Shown: one piece after another, positions 41,566 through 41,986 of the stretch
Layout: each line of letters opens with the position of its first letter
Numbering within the stretch: the stretch's first letter is position 1
Source of the DNA: Saprolegnia diclina VS20
Taxonomy: Eukaryota
Length of the DNA: 41,986 nucleotides
Assembly (NCBI RefSeq): GCF_000281045.1
Contig: NW_008246073.1
Coordinates: forward strand, 822,213 to 864,198
Reading direction: 5' to 3'
The notes under the pieces: model-generated
Databases searched by the model: none
What the model saw: the letters and a program-made list of their open reading frames with translations, nothing else
Told to the model about the DNA's origin: nothing
Program-made: the position numbers and the translations under genes

Positions 41566-41986
41566 CAGATGCTTACTGTGTTCGAGGCCCTGCGCCCCGA
41601 TTGTGTCGGTGTCTTTCTGTTCGACAACAGCACCAACCATGGTGCTTTTTCTGCCGACGCGCTCAATACGTCAAACATGAACCTCAACCCCGGCGGCAAG
41701 CAACCCAAGCTGCGCGACGGCTGATACGAGAAGGATGGCGTGCGTGTCACGCAGTCGCTGGTCAAAGCTCCCGACGAAACGCCCAAGGGTATCAGGATCG
41801 TACTCCAGGAGCGGGGCCTTTGAAGCGCCAGCCTCAGACTCGACACGGCGAAGGACCTCCTCGGATCCCAGCCCGACTTCACGTCCCAGAAGGGCTGCGT
41901 TGAAGAAACCATTGAGGCTGCTGGGCACGTCGCTCTCTTTCTGCCCAAGTTTCACTGCGAGTTCAATGTCATCGAGATGTACTGGG
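41566..41986 (+). mobile_element. Decayed IS630/Tc1/mariner-superfamily DDE transposase fragment (runs off the window)
   Basis: The frame from 41566 reads QMLTVFEALRPDCVGVFLFDNSTNH..MNLNPGGKQPKLRDG*..PKGIRIVLQERGL*..QPDF..GHVALFLPKFHCEFNVIEMYW, with in-frame TGA at 41722 and 41821. It is absent from the ORF track. Confidence 0.85.

Noticed and set aside
41722..41823. Alternative genetic code (TGA=Trp)
   Set aside because: TGA terminates neighbouring genes (e.g. at 8796), TGG is used in the same frame, and the element is otherwise fragmentary.

Overview
Gene-dense, GC-rich eukaryotic DNA with short (about 40-55 nt) GT-AG introns, most likely an oomycete of the Saprolegnia/Achlya type (inferred from intron style and 7TM-TKL kinase fusions). 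The main feature is a cluster of three GVIN1/VLIG-type very large GTPase genes. Copy A is a 3' fragment (1-863, +). Copy B is an intact single 2129-aa ORF (10231-16620, -). Copy C lies head-to-head with B (18312-24717, +) and has two frameshifts plus an assembly gap. The architecture is an N-terminal MACPF-like domain, a URGCP-like region, a VLIG G domain, a helical region and a C-terminal Cys/His module. B and C share a nearly identical 2.6-kb inverted core flanked by divergent N- and C-termini, so a single crossover would swap their N-terminal halves. The window also holds a Kelch protein, a ~1750-aa TPR-like protein with a degenerate CHAT/separase-like motif, a small membrane protein, a tandem array of three 7TM-TKL-DEP kinases (one a pseudogene), a 3R-MYB, a SAM/ankyrin protein, a PSP1 protein, a PB1 protein and a decayed IS630/Tc1-like transposase at the right edge. 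All calls come from motif recognition by eye; no database searches were run.
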